From assembly GCA_010909165.1 (NCBI GenBank), contig MU008155.1:1984001-2048000 (forward strand): a stretch of 64,000 nucleotides of DNA. Reading direction: 5' to 3'. Shown in pieces: positions 38,501 through 49,655 of this stretch (position 1 is its first letter; every line of letters begins with the position of its first letter). The DNA is from Anthoceros angustus (lineage: Eukaryota > Plantae > Anthocerotophyta). A program made the position numbers and the translations under genes. Below the pieces are notes generated by a model that saw only the letters and a list, made by a program, of their open reading frames with translations, was not told the DNA's origin and did no database searches.

Positions 38501-39607
38501 CCACCTCACGATAAAGTCAGAAGGTTACCTTTCACATTCAGCCTTTTTAACAGCAACCTGCTCTTTCAGGCCAATAAGATCATGCTGAAGTGTAGCCTTG
38601 TCAGCCTCCGCAACCCTGAACCGCTCCTCCATCTCCACAAGTTCATTCCTCAATTGCACAATCTGTTGCACCTGGGCATCCCTCTCTTTGGCCAGCCGGT
38701 CCTTGTCCTTCTCCAAGTCTTTGACCTGCAACAAAAACCAGCCGCTTCAAAATTGGCAGGCAAAAAACCGATCTCTAACACCAACACCTCCCTAAATGCC
38801 CTGAGATCTACCGCTGAGTCTTGTCCAACGGTAAGATCAGCGCCTTGCTCAACCAGTTTGCTCAAGTTGATAATCTCAGCTTTCAGCTCCCTACATGATA
38901 TTTAATATAACAGATGATGTATACAAGCAGAGCGAAGACACAACTCCACAGCCTACCCACACCCATAACCAAGCACAAGACTTGCATCCATCCACACAAG
39001 CAACCAGTACCAGCACCAGCACCACAACCTACATAATATTGTCCTTGGCCTTCGCCTCCTTTTCCTGGGAAGCATCCACCATCTTCCATGCCTTGTCGAT
39101 CTCCTTCTTCAACGCAATGATGGTGTTCTGGTCCTCCTCATTCAGCTTCAGTGCATTTTGCACCTTACCCGCATTCGCCAGAATCTCAGTGTTGAGCTCC
39201 CGGCACTTCTTTATCAACCTTTTCTCACTCTCTGCACGGCAAAACGACGCATGAATCACCATCCCGTGATAAAAAAAAATCCTTCCAACCCTGCCCTCAT
39301 AAAAAAACTCTCGAACTCCTAACCATGAGACTTCTTCAGCGCTCTGTGCAGCTTCTCATACTCCACCCGAAACCGATCAAGGCTCCTGTCGCCCTGCAAT
39401 TCCTGCAAAACCTGCACCAACACCCCGCATCCCCGCACCTCAATCCCTTCTCCGACACAGCACAACTGCACACCGAGCTAATCAAGCCAGACCCGTAACA
39501 AAATCCAAAATCCATACCTCCTGAAAATCCCTTTCCAGCGCCTCGAACGCCTTCTGCTCGAACCCCGCCTTCCCCCCATGATGCTCCTCCTTCTTCTCGT
39601 CCGCCAT
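35527..39607 (-). CDS. CFAP58: Cilia- and flagella-associated protein 58 (FAP189/CCDC147 family), multi-exon
   Basis: AFEALERDFQEVLQELQGDRSLDRFRVEYEKLHRALKKSHESEKRLIKKCRELN, EIDKAWKMVD, YEAVRSERNLYSK, QLIRRNEELALLYEKIRIQQSTLNKG, LETPLNVHRWRKLEGTDP and KEKLYIELRSILARQPGPE. Confidence 0.93.
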
Positions 39608-40338
39608 GGCCACAGCTAGATGCCCCCAACCCCGCAATCACTCACTCAGCCTTCTCCACCCCAGGGCCCCTATTCCGATCCTCCGCCGTGCCCGCCATTG
39701 CATCGCTCCGCTCAATCTCCTACAGCAACCACCAAATCCGCCGTCCCGGCCGGCCCCGCTCCCCAATGCGCACCCGCACACTGCACCCGGAACCCCTGCG
39801 CACCAGCCCGCAGCGCACCGCCGTCAGCCCGCCTCCCTCGCTCGCCATGTCGACCAGACGCGAGAACAGCCAAACGCGCGGCAGCCGGGATCGCCCGGCC
39901 CAGACGCTCACAGCCCGCCTTCGAGACCGGCAATTCCGACTCCGCCAGCCAAGGCAGCAGCAACACCAACACCAACGCCCCACAAGCTATGTCTCCTCTC
40001 TCGATTCTCGATCGGCAACGCCCCGGGACCCGGTGCATCGACGCATGCCTCGCCTAGGCGGGCGGGGCCGGGCCCTGGTCCCCTTGGCCCGGGCCCGGGC
40101 CCCGCGCCGGAAATGTCTGATGAAGTTTCGCCCCGTCCCCGACCGCTTGTTCCCGTCCCATCGACAGACGAGGCGGATGCGGAAGCAAGCGCGTCGCTCC
40201 CGCAGTGGCCGACACCCAGGTGTCGGCGTCGCGCCTGCCCGCGGCAGGGCCTCGGCGCATGCGGCAGGCGGATGTGCATCGGGCGTGATGCTTGCATGAG
40301 CGGGGCGGGCGATGGTCGCATCTGCATGCGGGTGTGAT

Positions 40339-40860
40339 ATGCCGGAGGAGTCCGGGGAGGCGAGGGAGACGGCGGGGCTGCCCGCGCCCCGTTGGCCCAG
40401 CGCGGAGACGCAGCAGCGCGTGTCCAGGGTCGGGAATTCTCTGCTCACTGTCGTCTCCAGCTTGTGGTGCGTCTACCTCTTGGCGCAGATCTTCTCCACC
40501 TGGGACTTGACCGTGCACAGCCGCAGCGCCACGCACTGGTCCATCCTGACGGCCACGCTGGTGCTGGGAGTGGAGGTCGGCGTGCTGGTGATGACGGGAT
40601 TGCTCGTGTTTCTGGTTCCCCGGATGATCATGACCTGGACCACTACCATCGTGTTCGAGTATGTGTTCGGCAAGGGCTTGTGGAAGCAGCAGGTGATTAT
40701 TCGGGATGGGAGGAAGATTGCTAGGGAGATCGCCGTTAGCTTTCTGAAGTGTGTCCTCAAGGAGGCCAACTGCGTTGGCGCCACGGTTGTGCTGTTCTGC
40801 TTGTTATCTGTCTCCAAGATGCTCATATCCAGCCAGCCCCCGCCTACTGCGCCCTGTTGA
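40339..40860 (+). CDS. Uncharacterised multi-TM plant membrane protein (single exon)
   Basis: Several hydrophobic segments. TWTTTIVF...DGRKIAREIAVSFLKCVLKEAN resembles a conserved plant family motif (TW.T.LV...EGR.IT.EI....K.LL.EGN). Confidence 0.7.
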   Translation: MPEESGEARETAGLPAPRWPSAETQQRVSRVGNSLLTVVSSLWCVYLLAQIFSTWDLTVHSRSATHWSILTATLVLGVEVGVLVMTGLLVFLVPRMIMTWTTTIVFEYVFGKGLWKQQVIIRDGRKIAREIAVSFLKCVLKEANCVGATVVLFCLLSVSKMLISSQPPPTAPC

Positions 40861-41173
40861 GCACGTTTTGCTAGGGCTGTCTGGTATGCTCTTCCATTTT
40901 CATGTTCCAGAAGATGAAACCTTCTGGCAACCTCTCTAAGACTCGAGACGGAGGCAAGGAGGTAGAGATTCGGAGGGAGGAGGTACGAGACATGAAGGTA
41001 TCGCATGCAACTTGTGGGAAACCGGAATGTGGCTTACTGATCATCAAGTTTTGTGTACATATGAACATTCTCTTCGTCCATGCGGACAGAACTCATTTTG
41101 TTTCAATCCATGCGGTCAGACAAGTGGTCTGAAGTTAAACCTGCCCCGCCTTGCCTTGCATTGCATGTTCATG

Positions 41174-42096
41174 TCAACCTGCTAAGGGGTTGGCATGTAT
41201 TGTTACTCTGTTCAGCCTGATCTCAGCCAGAGGCTTGTCTCCGGCCCCAGTTGGAGTCTGCAAATTGCAAAGCGTTGTTCAAATGTCAGAGATCAGAGAT
41301 AGTCAGAGTAACCCGGACAATAGCAGTCATGTTAGCGGAAAGTGGGGACCGAGATGGATTCCAGTACCTTCTCCATGACATCCAGCACCTCAAATCCATG
41401 GATGACTCTCCCGAAAATGGTGTACAGCCCATTCAGATGTGGCTGCTTGGCATACGTGATGAAAAACTGGCTGCCATTGGTATTAGGTCCACTATTTGCC
41501 ATAGATAGTATGCCCCTCGCGTTATGCTGCAACAGAAACTCTCGTCAGATCCTGAACAGCCCTACACAGGAGAGCAGCATCCTGTATGCGACGAGCTGAC
41601 TCAAACTATACTTTCAGAGACTCTCGAATTTCATCATTGAACTTTCGTCCCCATATGCTGGTGCCCCCACGGCCTGTTCCCGTGGGATCTCCCCCTTGGA
41701 TCATGAAACCCTTGATGTTCCTGTGAAACGTGGTCGCATCGTAGTAGCTGCTTGCACACAGCGCTAGGAAGTTCTGGAGAAAAAACCACATGAGCCTGGA
41801 AACCCTAACTCCGCGCGCAGACCGCAGACCCAAGCAAAGAACAAAATTTCCCCAGACACAACCTCGCACCTCCGATGCCTTGGGAACCTCATCGCAGTAG
41901 ATTTCACACTTGATGTCCCCAAGGTTGGTGTGCAACGTGACAGACTGTTGCCAACGACAAAAATCAGTAGCTGAACAAACCAATACCTGAACCCTACACC
42001 CTGTCTGAATCCCTTCTCTCAAACCACCAAAGACCAGAATTTCAATCTGTTGAGCTGTAAGGCTACGGAAAACGAGGACATTGCAGGATATACCAT
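41174..42096 (-). CDS. Cyclophilin PPIL3/CYP18-1-like peptidyl-prolyl isomerase (5 exons, first coding exon ATG only)
   Basis: M|[25 protein letters not shown]|NFLALCAS...[22 protein letters not shown]...|[25 protein letters not shown]...|[27 protein letters not shown]. Confidence 0.95.
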
Positions 42097-42632
42097 GTCG
42101 CAGCGCAGACTTGAAATCCTCAAACCAAGGACTGCATTCCCATGACGCGCGCTTCCAATCCAGCCACCAATTACCGCCGTCCCGGGCTTCGATCTTAGGC
42201 TAAACCCACGATGCCACCAAAATTCGACTGGAGAGCGTGTGAGTCGCGAATCCCTTAACTCTGAGTCGAAGTCCAGTAAATCAAATTCGATGCTGCTTAA
42301 CCTGAAGGAGAGTTAAGTGAAGCGTTAACGGAGATCACGCTGGGCTGTACGACAGAGTCCTGGGACGCCCGGCCGTTGGCTGTACTTCTCGTGTACTACC
42401 AAGCGATCATCCTGCTCTTCAGTCGATCGTGAGGTCGCCTGCCAGCGTCTTCCATGCTTCCCACCCGCTACTAAATATGGCTACTCCCGGCACGGCTCCT
42501 TGCCGTACTTCTGCGCACAGATGACAGCCACCGGCCATGAAGTGGGCAGCAGAAATCTGCATGGCTTCTCGTCCGGATCCAAGGCCCCTTTAATTCCCGC
42601 AGCAGGCGGCGGTCGCAGCTCGGGACAGAGCG

Positions 42633-44014
42633 ATGGGGAAGGCAGCTGCTGCCGTGGTGTGGCTATGGAGGTTGGCGCTGCTGCTGCTGGCGCTCCAGAT
42701 GTGCCTCGTGCAGGCTCACGTGGGGCACGACCACGGAGACGAGCAGGAGAACGGCGATGCGGAGGCCGCGGTGGCGGCGGATGGTCACGACCTCCGCAGG
42801 AAGGGGCTGGTGCTGGTGAAGATATACGCCCTCATCATCGTCTTCTTCGCCACCTTCATCCCTGGCATCTCCCCCCAGTTCCTCCGCTGGGACGAGTCCT
42901 TCCTGGTCCTGGGAACGCAGTTCGCCGGAGGCGTCTTCCTGGCCGTGTCCGTAATTCACTTCCTCCCGGACTCCGATGCCACCTTCAAGACGCATTCCGG
43001 CAAGAAGTACCCCTTCGCCTTCATGCTGGCCTGCGTAGGGTTCTTGATCACGCTGCTCGCGGATGCCGTCATCCTGTCGGTGTACGGCAGGGCCGATCGG
43101 AAGCAGCAGGCTGCGGGATCCGACTTGGAGAGCAGTAAAGTTTCAGGTAGGCAGCTCAAATTGCAAGCGCTTTAATGACTGGTGTGCCTTGCATTTGTGG
43201 CTGAACTTGCCCTTGGATCATCCGGCTTGAATTTGCGCAGACGGCAAGGATACTGGTGGCCCGAACGAGTGGAAGGTGAGTGAGTGAAAAGCGTTGAGCA
43301 AGTTGTCCGTTTTCTCCGAGTTTTTCAACAGCCTTGTTGGCCAGTGCTGCAGTTAGCCTCACTTGCAGTGCCGCTTGCAAGATCAGGCTGAGGAGGATCA
43401 CGGCAAGCCAGCAAGGGGTCTGGCAGCGGTTCCCAAGGCTTCATATGGAGATGCGATGCTCCTCATCTTCGCTTTGTGTTTCCACTCGGTGTTCGAAGGC
43501 ATAGCCATCGGGATTGCACGTGAGTCTTAACTTCTTAGCTTTCGCGCACCAGTCTCGTCTGAGATGCCGGCAATAGCAATCAAATTACTCATGGCTTTGA
43601 CATTCCTGCTTCATGGATGCAGCTACTGAAAAGGAAGCATGGAAAGCTTTATGGACAGTGAGTTTGCATAAGGTGTTTGCTGCTATAGCTATGGCCATCG
43701 CGCTACTGCGGGTACTGCCGGAACGGCCACTTCTTTCCTGCGCCAGCTATGCCTTCGCCTTCGCCATCTCCTCGCCCATTGGTGTGGCGATTGGGATCCT
43801 CATCAATGCCACAACTGAAGGGGCAACGGCGGACTGGATTTATGCCATCTCCATGGGCCTTGCCACTGGAATTTTCATCTATGTGGCAATCAACCATCTC
43901 TTGGCCAAGGGATACAGGCCGGAGGGCAAGCTTGCGGCGGATAATCCCTTCCTCAAGGTTCTGGCAGCCACACTAGGGGTTGCAGTTGTTGCTGTTGTTC
44001 TAATCTGGGACTGA
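42633..44014 (+). CDS. ZIP-family zinc transporter (ZIP2/ZIP11-like), multi-exon
   Basis: Signal peptide + HVGHDHGD. Motifs [57 protein letters not shown] and [16 protein letters not shown]. Ends LIWD*. Confidence 0.95.
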
Positions 44015-44436
44015 GACGAATGCGCTTCGATTGGCCACTAATTAATTACCTGTATTCATACCTAGTAGGTAGCTACCGAAACGTTCCGATGTATATATAT
44101 CTATCCAAAAACTTCGAAACTGTAAAGTTGACTCTGTGATCGCTTGTATCCACTGTCGGAAGAGAGAAGGTGACAACCTGTCCATTGCCCTCTGCTGCAC
44201 GGGAACTGTGCAAAAAGAGGAAGCGGGAATGTTCTGGTTGCTTGGCCTTTCCTTGGACATCGTGACTTTTGCTTGGTCCTCCAATGTGACAAATTGGTGC
44301 ATGGAAACAGTAGCTAGATCTTCAAATGATCCAGGCCAGAACCACGCTGCAGCCGGATATCCTGGGACGTAAAGAGGTTTGCTGAGAACCAGACAGCAAC
44401 ATGCTGTTCCTGTGACATCGTACTTGCAAGCCCAAC

Positions 44437-45442
44437 ATGGGTGGTGTCCTGTCCGCCTGCGGCCTGTGGAGGAGAAAGCGGGGCCCAAAGCAGCAGTCCC
44501 GGCTGAGCAGCTCTGCACAGGATAACGGGGATGTGGCTGCAGCCGGTGTGGGTGGGTCAGAGGCCTCCGTAAGAAGGAGGCGGCCAGTAGAAACGGAGAT
44601 GCGGGCCTTCAAAGAGAGATCGCCAGAAACAGGTGCTACTTGGCTTGCCCTTCCAGCATTAAAAAATTTCAGTCTGTCTGATCGAATTTGGTCATTTAAT
44701 GGCGTGAGTGTCATGTCCAGAAGCACCTCCCTCAAGATTTCAGAGCTGGCACAACTGGCTGTTTAGTTTGAGGATAAGTAAACCGTGGACAAACAGTTCT
44801 AAGAGCCTAAAGCCAGTTCCACCTGTTACTATATTACAAAATAACGCTGCCTACAAGAGCCTCAGCAGAGCCGAACAAGTTGCTTCGGAGGGTCATATGC
44901 TTATACAAGATGTCTTCCAATCTGTTGCATCATTGGAGAAGTGTTACATGTCACAATACATTCAAGTGGCGCCTGCAGACGATCCATACATAAGGACCGT
45001 GACACAGTGGAGTGAAGCTAATAAAACTAGCATGTTGGATAACTTTGCCCATATTTCAAAGCTGAAAGCGGAGTACATGGACAAGCTTTGCCAAAGAGGA
45101 GGGTCTGCAGAGTTCTCTCTACCACGTTCTCTGACTAATCCTTTCGATCAGGTGACGGTGAAAAGAAGAGTTGCTCAACTGGAGAATGTGATCGCTGTAA
45201 AGGATACTGAAATCAGGCTATTGAAAGAAAAATCTAAAAACGATATAGAGAATCATAAGCGTGTGCTTTTCCAGCTATCCAAAACTTTACAACAGATGGA
45301 GTCTGAAAAGAAGAAAGTTGAAGACAAGCTCCTCTCGAAGACAACACATGAAGATGCCGAGGATCCTCGCACTAGAATTATCCAAGAAGAGGTAGAAAGA
45401 CCACAACATAGGCTATCAGAGATTGAAGAAGTGAAAGAATGA
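44437..45442 (+). pseudogene. Frameshifted coiled-coil gene, DUF641/GIL1/IRK-interacting-like; degraded continuation possibly to ~46300
   Basis: Overlapping ORFs 44437-44766 and 44708-45442. LIQDVFQSVASLEKCY...PADDP...ISKLKAEY and LENVIAVKDTEIRLLKEK resemble DUF641. Downstream frames are broken. Confidence 0.45.
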
Positions 45443-46772
45443 GATGCTGTGTCAATGCCAACATGGATGCGCACTGGATCCAGTACATCTGGTCTCACTC
45501 GCTCGACGTATCAGATACCCTGCGTCCATATGCACAAGCATGAGATGCTGTGTCAATTTCAGAACTCTAGTAAAACACACGATTTTGTAGAGTTTTCATC
45601 GAAACGGTCGTACTCGTGTTGGAAAACGCGTGCGTGGAAATCTTTCAAGTTCCTATCCCTCGCTATGATGTCCCTCGCATATCCTGTGCATCTATTCTCA
45701 CTGTCATAGGCCGCTGCACAAAAGCAAGTGCCCAGTTCTCCCCTAAGCCTTGTTGACATCAGCAGTTTGGGAACTGAAAGTGCGCTACCTCAATAGGAGC
45801 ATTGATTGATGGCCTTGGGCAAGACAAAAGCAGCCCTCGGCAAAGTTCTCAGTCTTCTTGCTTTTACTTGTCAATCTGTGGATTCACCAAAACAGATTCT
45901 TGACCTCCACCCCTCTCCTTCTGGATTGTACACCATTACTTGCACATTCACCCCTCCTTGTGATGCAGATAGACCAACACCGTCGGTCCTGAAAATGGAT
46001 AAACATTTTCTTTGTCACACGTCAATACCACACAAGGCAGCTGGTGCACTGTACAGCAATCACTGTATGATCCAACTCCTAGACTGTGTGGAATGAAGAA
46101 AACACCAGGTATACTGGAACGTCACAAGGTGTCAGATTCTTTGTGATGAACTTACTTTTACATGACACCGAACATTTCCTCTACGAGCTGTTGCAAATTG
46201 TCGTCAAACGACGTGATCCTCCTGTTTTTGGCTCGGAACTTTGGGTCCGCTATTTGAAGAGGCCGTTCATACCTCAGCGCAACATCTGCCACACAATCAA
46301 ACCCTAGCGTTTCTTGCACTATCAGGTTGCACAGAAACTCGGGTTTTGAGCGACAATCCCCTTGCGGACCTCAGACACAGAGGTGCAAGATCCAGGAAAA
46401 GCGACGGCGAGAAGGAGATCAGTCATGCCACGCTCTGCCTCCTCCCTTATGCTCTGCAGCTCGTTCAACAGGCTCTTCGTTGCCCAGATTCTCCATGAAC
46501 AATTGTTCCCTAGTTCTCGCATTGGCAAAGTTGCAATGACCCCGGAAGATAGTTGTGTCGATGCTCTCAAATTCGGCTCTGACAAACGCGCGTGGGAGGC
46601 GTGTACCAGCTGCGGGAGTTTTTTCCCCTGCACTTCAGCATTCCAGATGAATTGCTGATGCCGTGATGGAGAGGCACAGACTGAGTGCTGACGCTGGCGC
46701 AGGCCATAGCGTGTGCACAATCCATCGACCTCCTCAATGCCTCCACTGTCGATGTGTTAACTAATACGGCGT

Positions 46773-46920
46773 CACCAGCCGCCTACAAAGTTTGAGCGTC
46801 GCGGGCTTGGGGAGCCGCATGAGCAGCAGCAGGAAGGCAAGAGCACGCTCTGCTTCCGCCAACGGGTGCGGCAGAGCGTGGGAGGGAGCAACCGGAGCCG
46901 GGTCGGCTGTGCTGCGGGCG
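46773..46920 (+). pseudogene. Duplicated fragment of exon 1 (transit peptide) of the FIP-like gene at 52285
   Basis: gcgggcttggggagccgcat...gctctgcttccgccaacgggtgcgg.agagcgtggg matches ~52370-52516. Confidence 0.85.
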
Positions 46921-46943
46921 GCCCTAACCGATGGCCTAATCGG

Positions 46944-47040
46944 GCTGATCGACAGCCATTAGGCTCGGCCTGAACGACAGCCATAAGGCTTGGCCTGATC
47001 GACAGCCATTATGCTTGGCCTGATCGACAGCCATTAGGGC
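46944..47040. repeat. 4 x 25-bp tandem repeat
   Basis: Unit ggcctgatcgacagccattaggctt with minor variants. Confidence 0.85.
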
Positions 47041-47192
47041 CAGCCGGGGCAATCAGGCCATATTGAGCAGGCAATGGCCTGATTGCCATCGCCTGATGAA
47101 CCTGTCCAGTACCAGGCAGGCATCTCGGTGAGATCCAGGACGCGATCAGGCAGCCTAACCCAGCAGCGGCATCCAGCCAGCCCAGGCCCTCA

Positions 47193-47217
47193 GCCACGTG
47201 GTGCCGCGCCACGTGGC
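47193..47217. promoter_or_regulatory. Paired G-boxes (GCCACGTGG, GCCACGTGGC) ~310 bp upstream of the RCR-like gene
   Basis: gccacgtggtgccgcgccacgtggc. Function is not demonstrated. Confidence 0.35.
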
Positions 47218-47523
47218 AATTCGCTTCTCCTTCTGAAAAAACTCGAAAAGTTTAGAGAAGGGCTTTTCGGCTCGTCGTCCCGATCGGTATGCCATTGAAT
47301 ATCGCATTATGCCAAGGCCAAGGGCTATATGTAGTGCTCCTCCACAGTGTCTTGTGTTCTCATTACATATGTAAGAAGAGGTAAGAAGAGGCACTACCCG
47401 TTAGAGGACGGGAGACAATGCCACAAGTTTCTTTCTGGCTAGCTTCTCCCCCTTAGGGCCGTGGCCTTGGGCGTTGGCTGTGGTTCCTTCGTCTCAAGCA
47501 GCGTAGTAGGGGTTGAAGTTAGA

Positions 47524-49166
47524 ATGGCAGCGTCCAGCAGAGGCGATGGTGGAAAATCTGCTGGAGAGCGTTGGTACTCCAAATGTTACTTCAAATGCTT
47601 CTCGCTCTGTTGCTGGGATCCAAAGACGCAGGAATCCTTTTCTGCGACTAATTCGGCAAGTCCAGTCCAGTTGAATGGTAATCGGCATCACACGCAGGAC
47701 GAAGTTGGGGACAAACCTGTATGTGATGAAGAGCTTCCGGAAATCGTCGAGCGGTATAAGAAGGAGCCATCTGCTACTGCATGCATCTTTTGTAAGGGAA
47801 TTGTTCGTTCTTCCAGTAATGAGAGTCAGAGACTTGAAGAATTGGAGTCCATGTCTGGAAACCAGCTGAGGCACGAGCTTCGAAGAAGTGACATAGATAT
47901 TTCCTGGTGCCTGGAAAAGAGAGACTTCGTGCAGGTGCAGAATCTTGTTTCTGCTGTTTGCTGGCAATCGGACTGTTGCGAGCTGCTGAAGCTTTCGTGT
48001 ACGCGGACTTTGGATTGTGGACATCGCTGCGGAGGAGTTCGAGCAGAAATTACTTGCCTTCCCTGTCTAGAGGTGATTGTGCTATCCCGAATGACACCTG
48101 TGGACTCTCTTTTTCATGGCATGTCTACAACTCATGTGACGCCCTTTCCTACTTTCCCCAGGCTGGCTGTTACTCAAATTCAGGTGCTGGTCAGAAGGTC
48201 TTCACATCCGGGGACAACCTGTGTCCCGTATGTATGGATCCTGTTAATCGAGCCCCTGCCATACTGCTGACTTGTGGGCATGTGGTGCACGCGCACTGCA
48301 CAAAGAGGAAGATTGATGCGGGGTTTCCAGGCCCCGAAATCAGCTTCACTTTCCTCGAGTGTGCACTATGTTCCCAGGTCATGCAGCATCCGTATTTGCA
48401 GCCTCATGCGATAAAGCATGAGAAGATGAGAGAGCTGGTAGGACATGAATGACAATAGTCTAGAGGATGTACACTTTCTTTGGTGGACATTATAATACCC
48501 GCTCAATCTTAAAGAAAACCTCAGCTTGAGATATTTGGCTCTGTAGGTTAAGGAAAAGCTAGAAGAGCGGCTCAAGTTCGAGCAATCAAACGAACAGCGG
48601 CCGAAGTCGAAGGCAGACAAGTTGGCGGTAGAGCCGAAGGTAGAAGAAGTAACAGAGGAGTTGGTGATTGCTGCCATGAAGGAATATCTGTACTACGTGT
48701 GCTTTAAGTGCAAGGAGCCATATTTTGGTGGTATTCGCAACTGCGGAGGGCGGAACGAAGGGTGCGTGCTGGGCAAAAACACGTCACTTTTTCTTCTTTT
48801 TGATTCAACATCGTCTGGATCTTATTAGCTTGTACCAATGATACTTGATTGTGCAGGGAAGACGGTGTTGATTCGCGCGAGCTTATGTGTGGCAGTTGTA
48901 TTGCTGCCGCAAATGGCGAAGGAATTTGTACGGTAGAAGGCCATGGGAGCGCATACATACAATACAAGTGCAGATATTGCTGCAGCATGGCTACTTACGT
49001 ATGCGAGTATGGAACACGTCACACTTGTACCTCTCACACGGATTGGGAGTCGTGGATTCCTGAGCCGTGTCTAGGTGTTGAGTATTGCGGTTTGGGGATC
49101 GAACATGCCCCAAATGGCCAAGAGTTTTGCCTTGGCTGTTCTCTCTGTCGTACCAGAGGCGAATAA
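47524..49166 (+). CDS. Stand-alone MYCBP2/PHR-like RING-Cys-Relay E3 ubiquitin ligase (~449 aa; exons 47524-48072, 48162-48437, 48547-48761, 48857-49166)
   Basis: Colinear with the MYCBP2 C-terminus: CTRTLDCGHRCGGVRAEITCLPCL; RING CPVC...APAILLTCGHVVHAHC...GPEISFTFLECALC; AMKEYLYYVCFKCKEPYFGGIRNC; DSRELMCGSC; HGSAYIQYKCRYCCSMATYVC; HAPNGQEFCLGCSLCR. Three GT-AG introns give an uninterrupted 1350-nt frame. Confidence 0.9.
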
Positions 49167-49533
49167 TAATATTTGCGCTCTCAGGTTCCGGTATTCTCTG
49201 TCGTAGCAAAGGCCAATAACAATGGTACCTAAGGATGATGGAAAATTCGTTCAGAAGGATCAGATAACACGTCACTACTGAGTCAGTCACAAGCGCTGTG
49301 GAAGGTAACACACCCTGAGTAGCAGTTGCCAGATCTAACGCAGACAGAATAACAGAAGTAGGAGCGAGCCCTGTACTTCCATTGCCTCTATGAGCAGCGA
49401 TAGTAGTTGCCAAAGCCGTTGACTGAGTACTGGCAATCGCTGCAGCAAAGGCAGGATTATGATTTGCAACTGTGGCAAGCAAGTTGGGTGAATGGATGCG
49501 AAATACATCCAAGGCCTCATCGGCCAACCATCT

Positions 49534-49655
49534 TGCCATTTGCTCAAAGGCAAACTGCGGAGTAAAAGCAGCACCATGCCGCAAACGCAGTTCCTGCCAT
49601 TTGCTCAAAGGCAAACTGCGGAGTAAAAGCAGCACCATGCCGCAAACGCAGTTCC
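49534..49655. repeat. Exact 61-bp tandem duplication
   Basis: tgccatttgctcaaaggcaaactgcggagtaaaagcagcaccatgccgcaaacgcagttcc occurs twice. Confidence 0.9.

Noticed and set aside
39606-40337. Long Pro/Arg/Ala-rich ORFs
   Set aside because: GC-rich divergent promoter between CFAP58 and the membrane-protein gene, with GGGCCC repeats.
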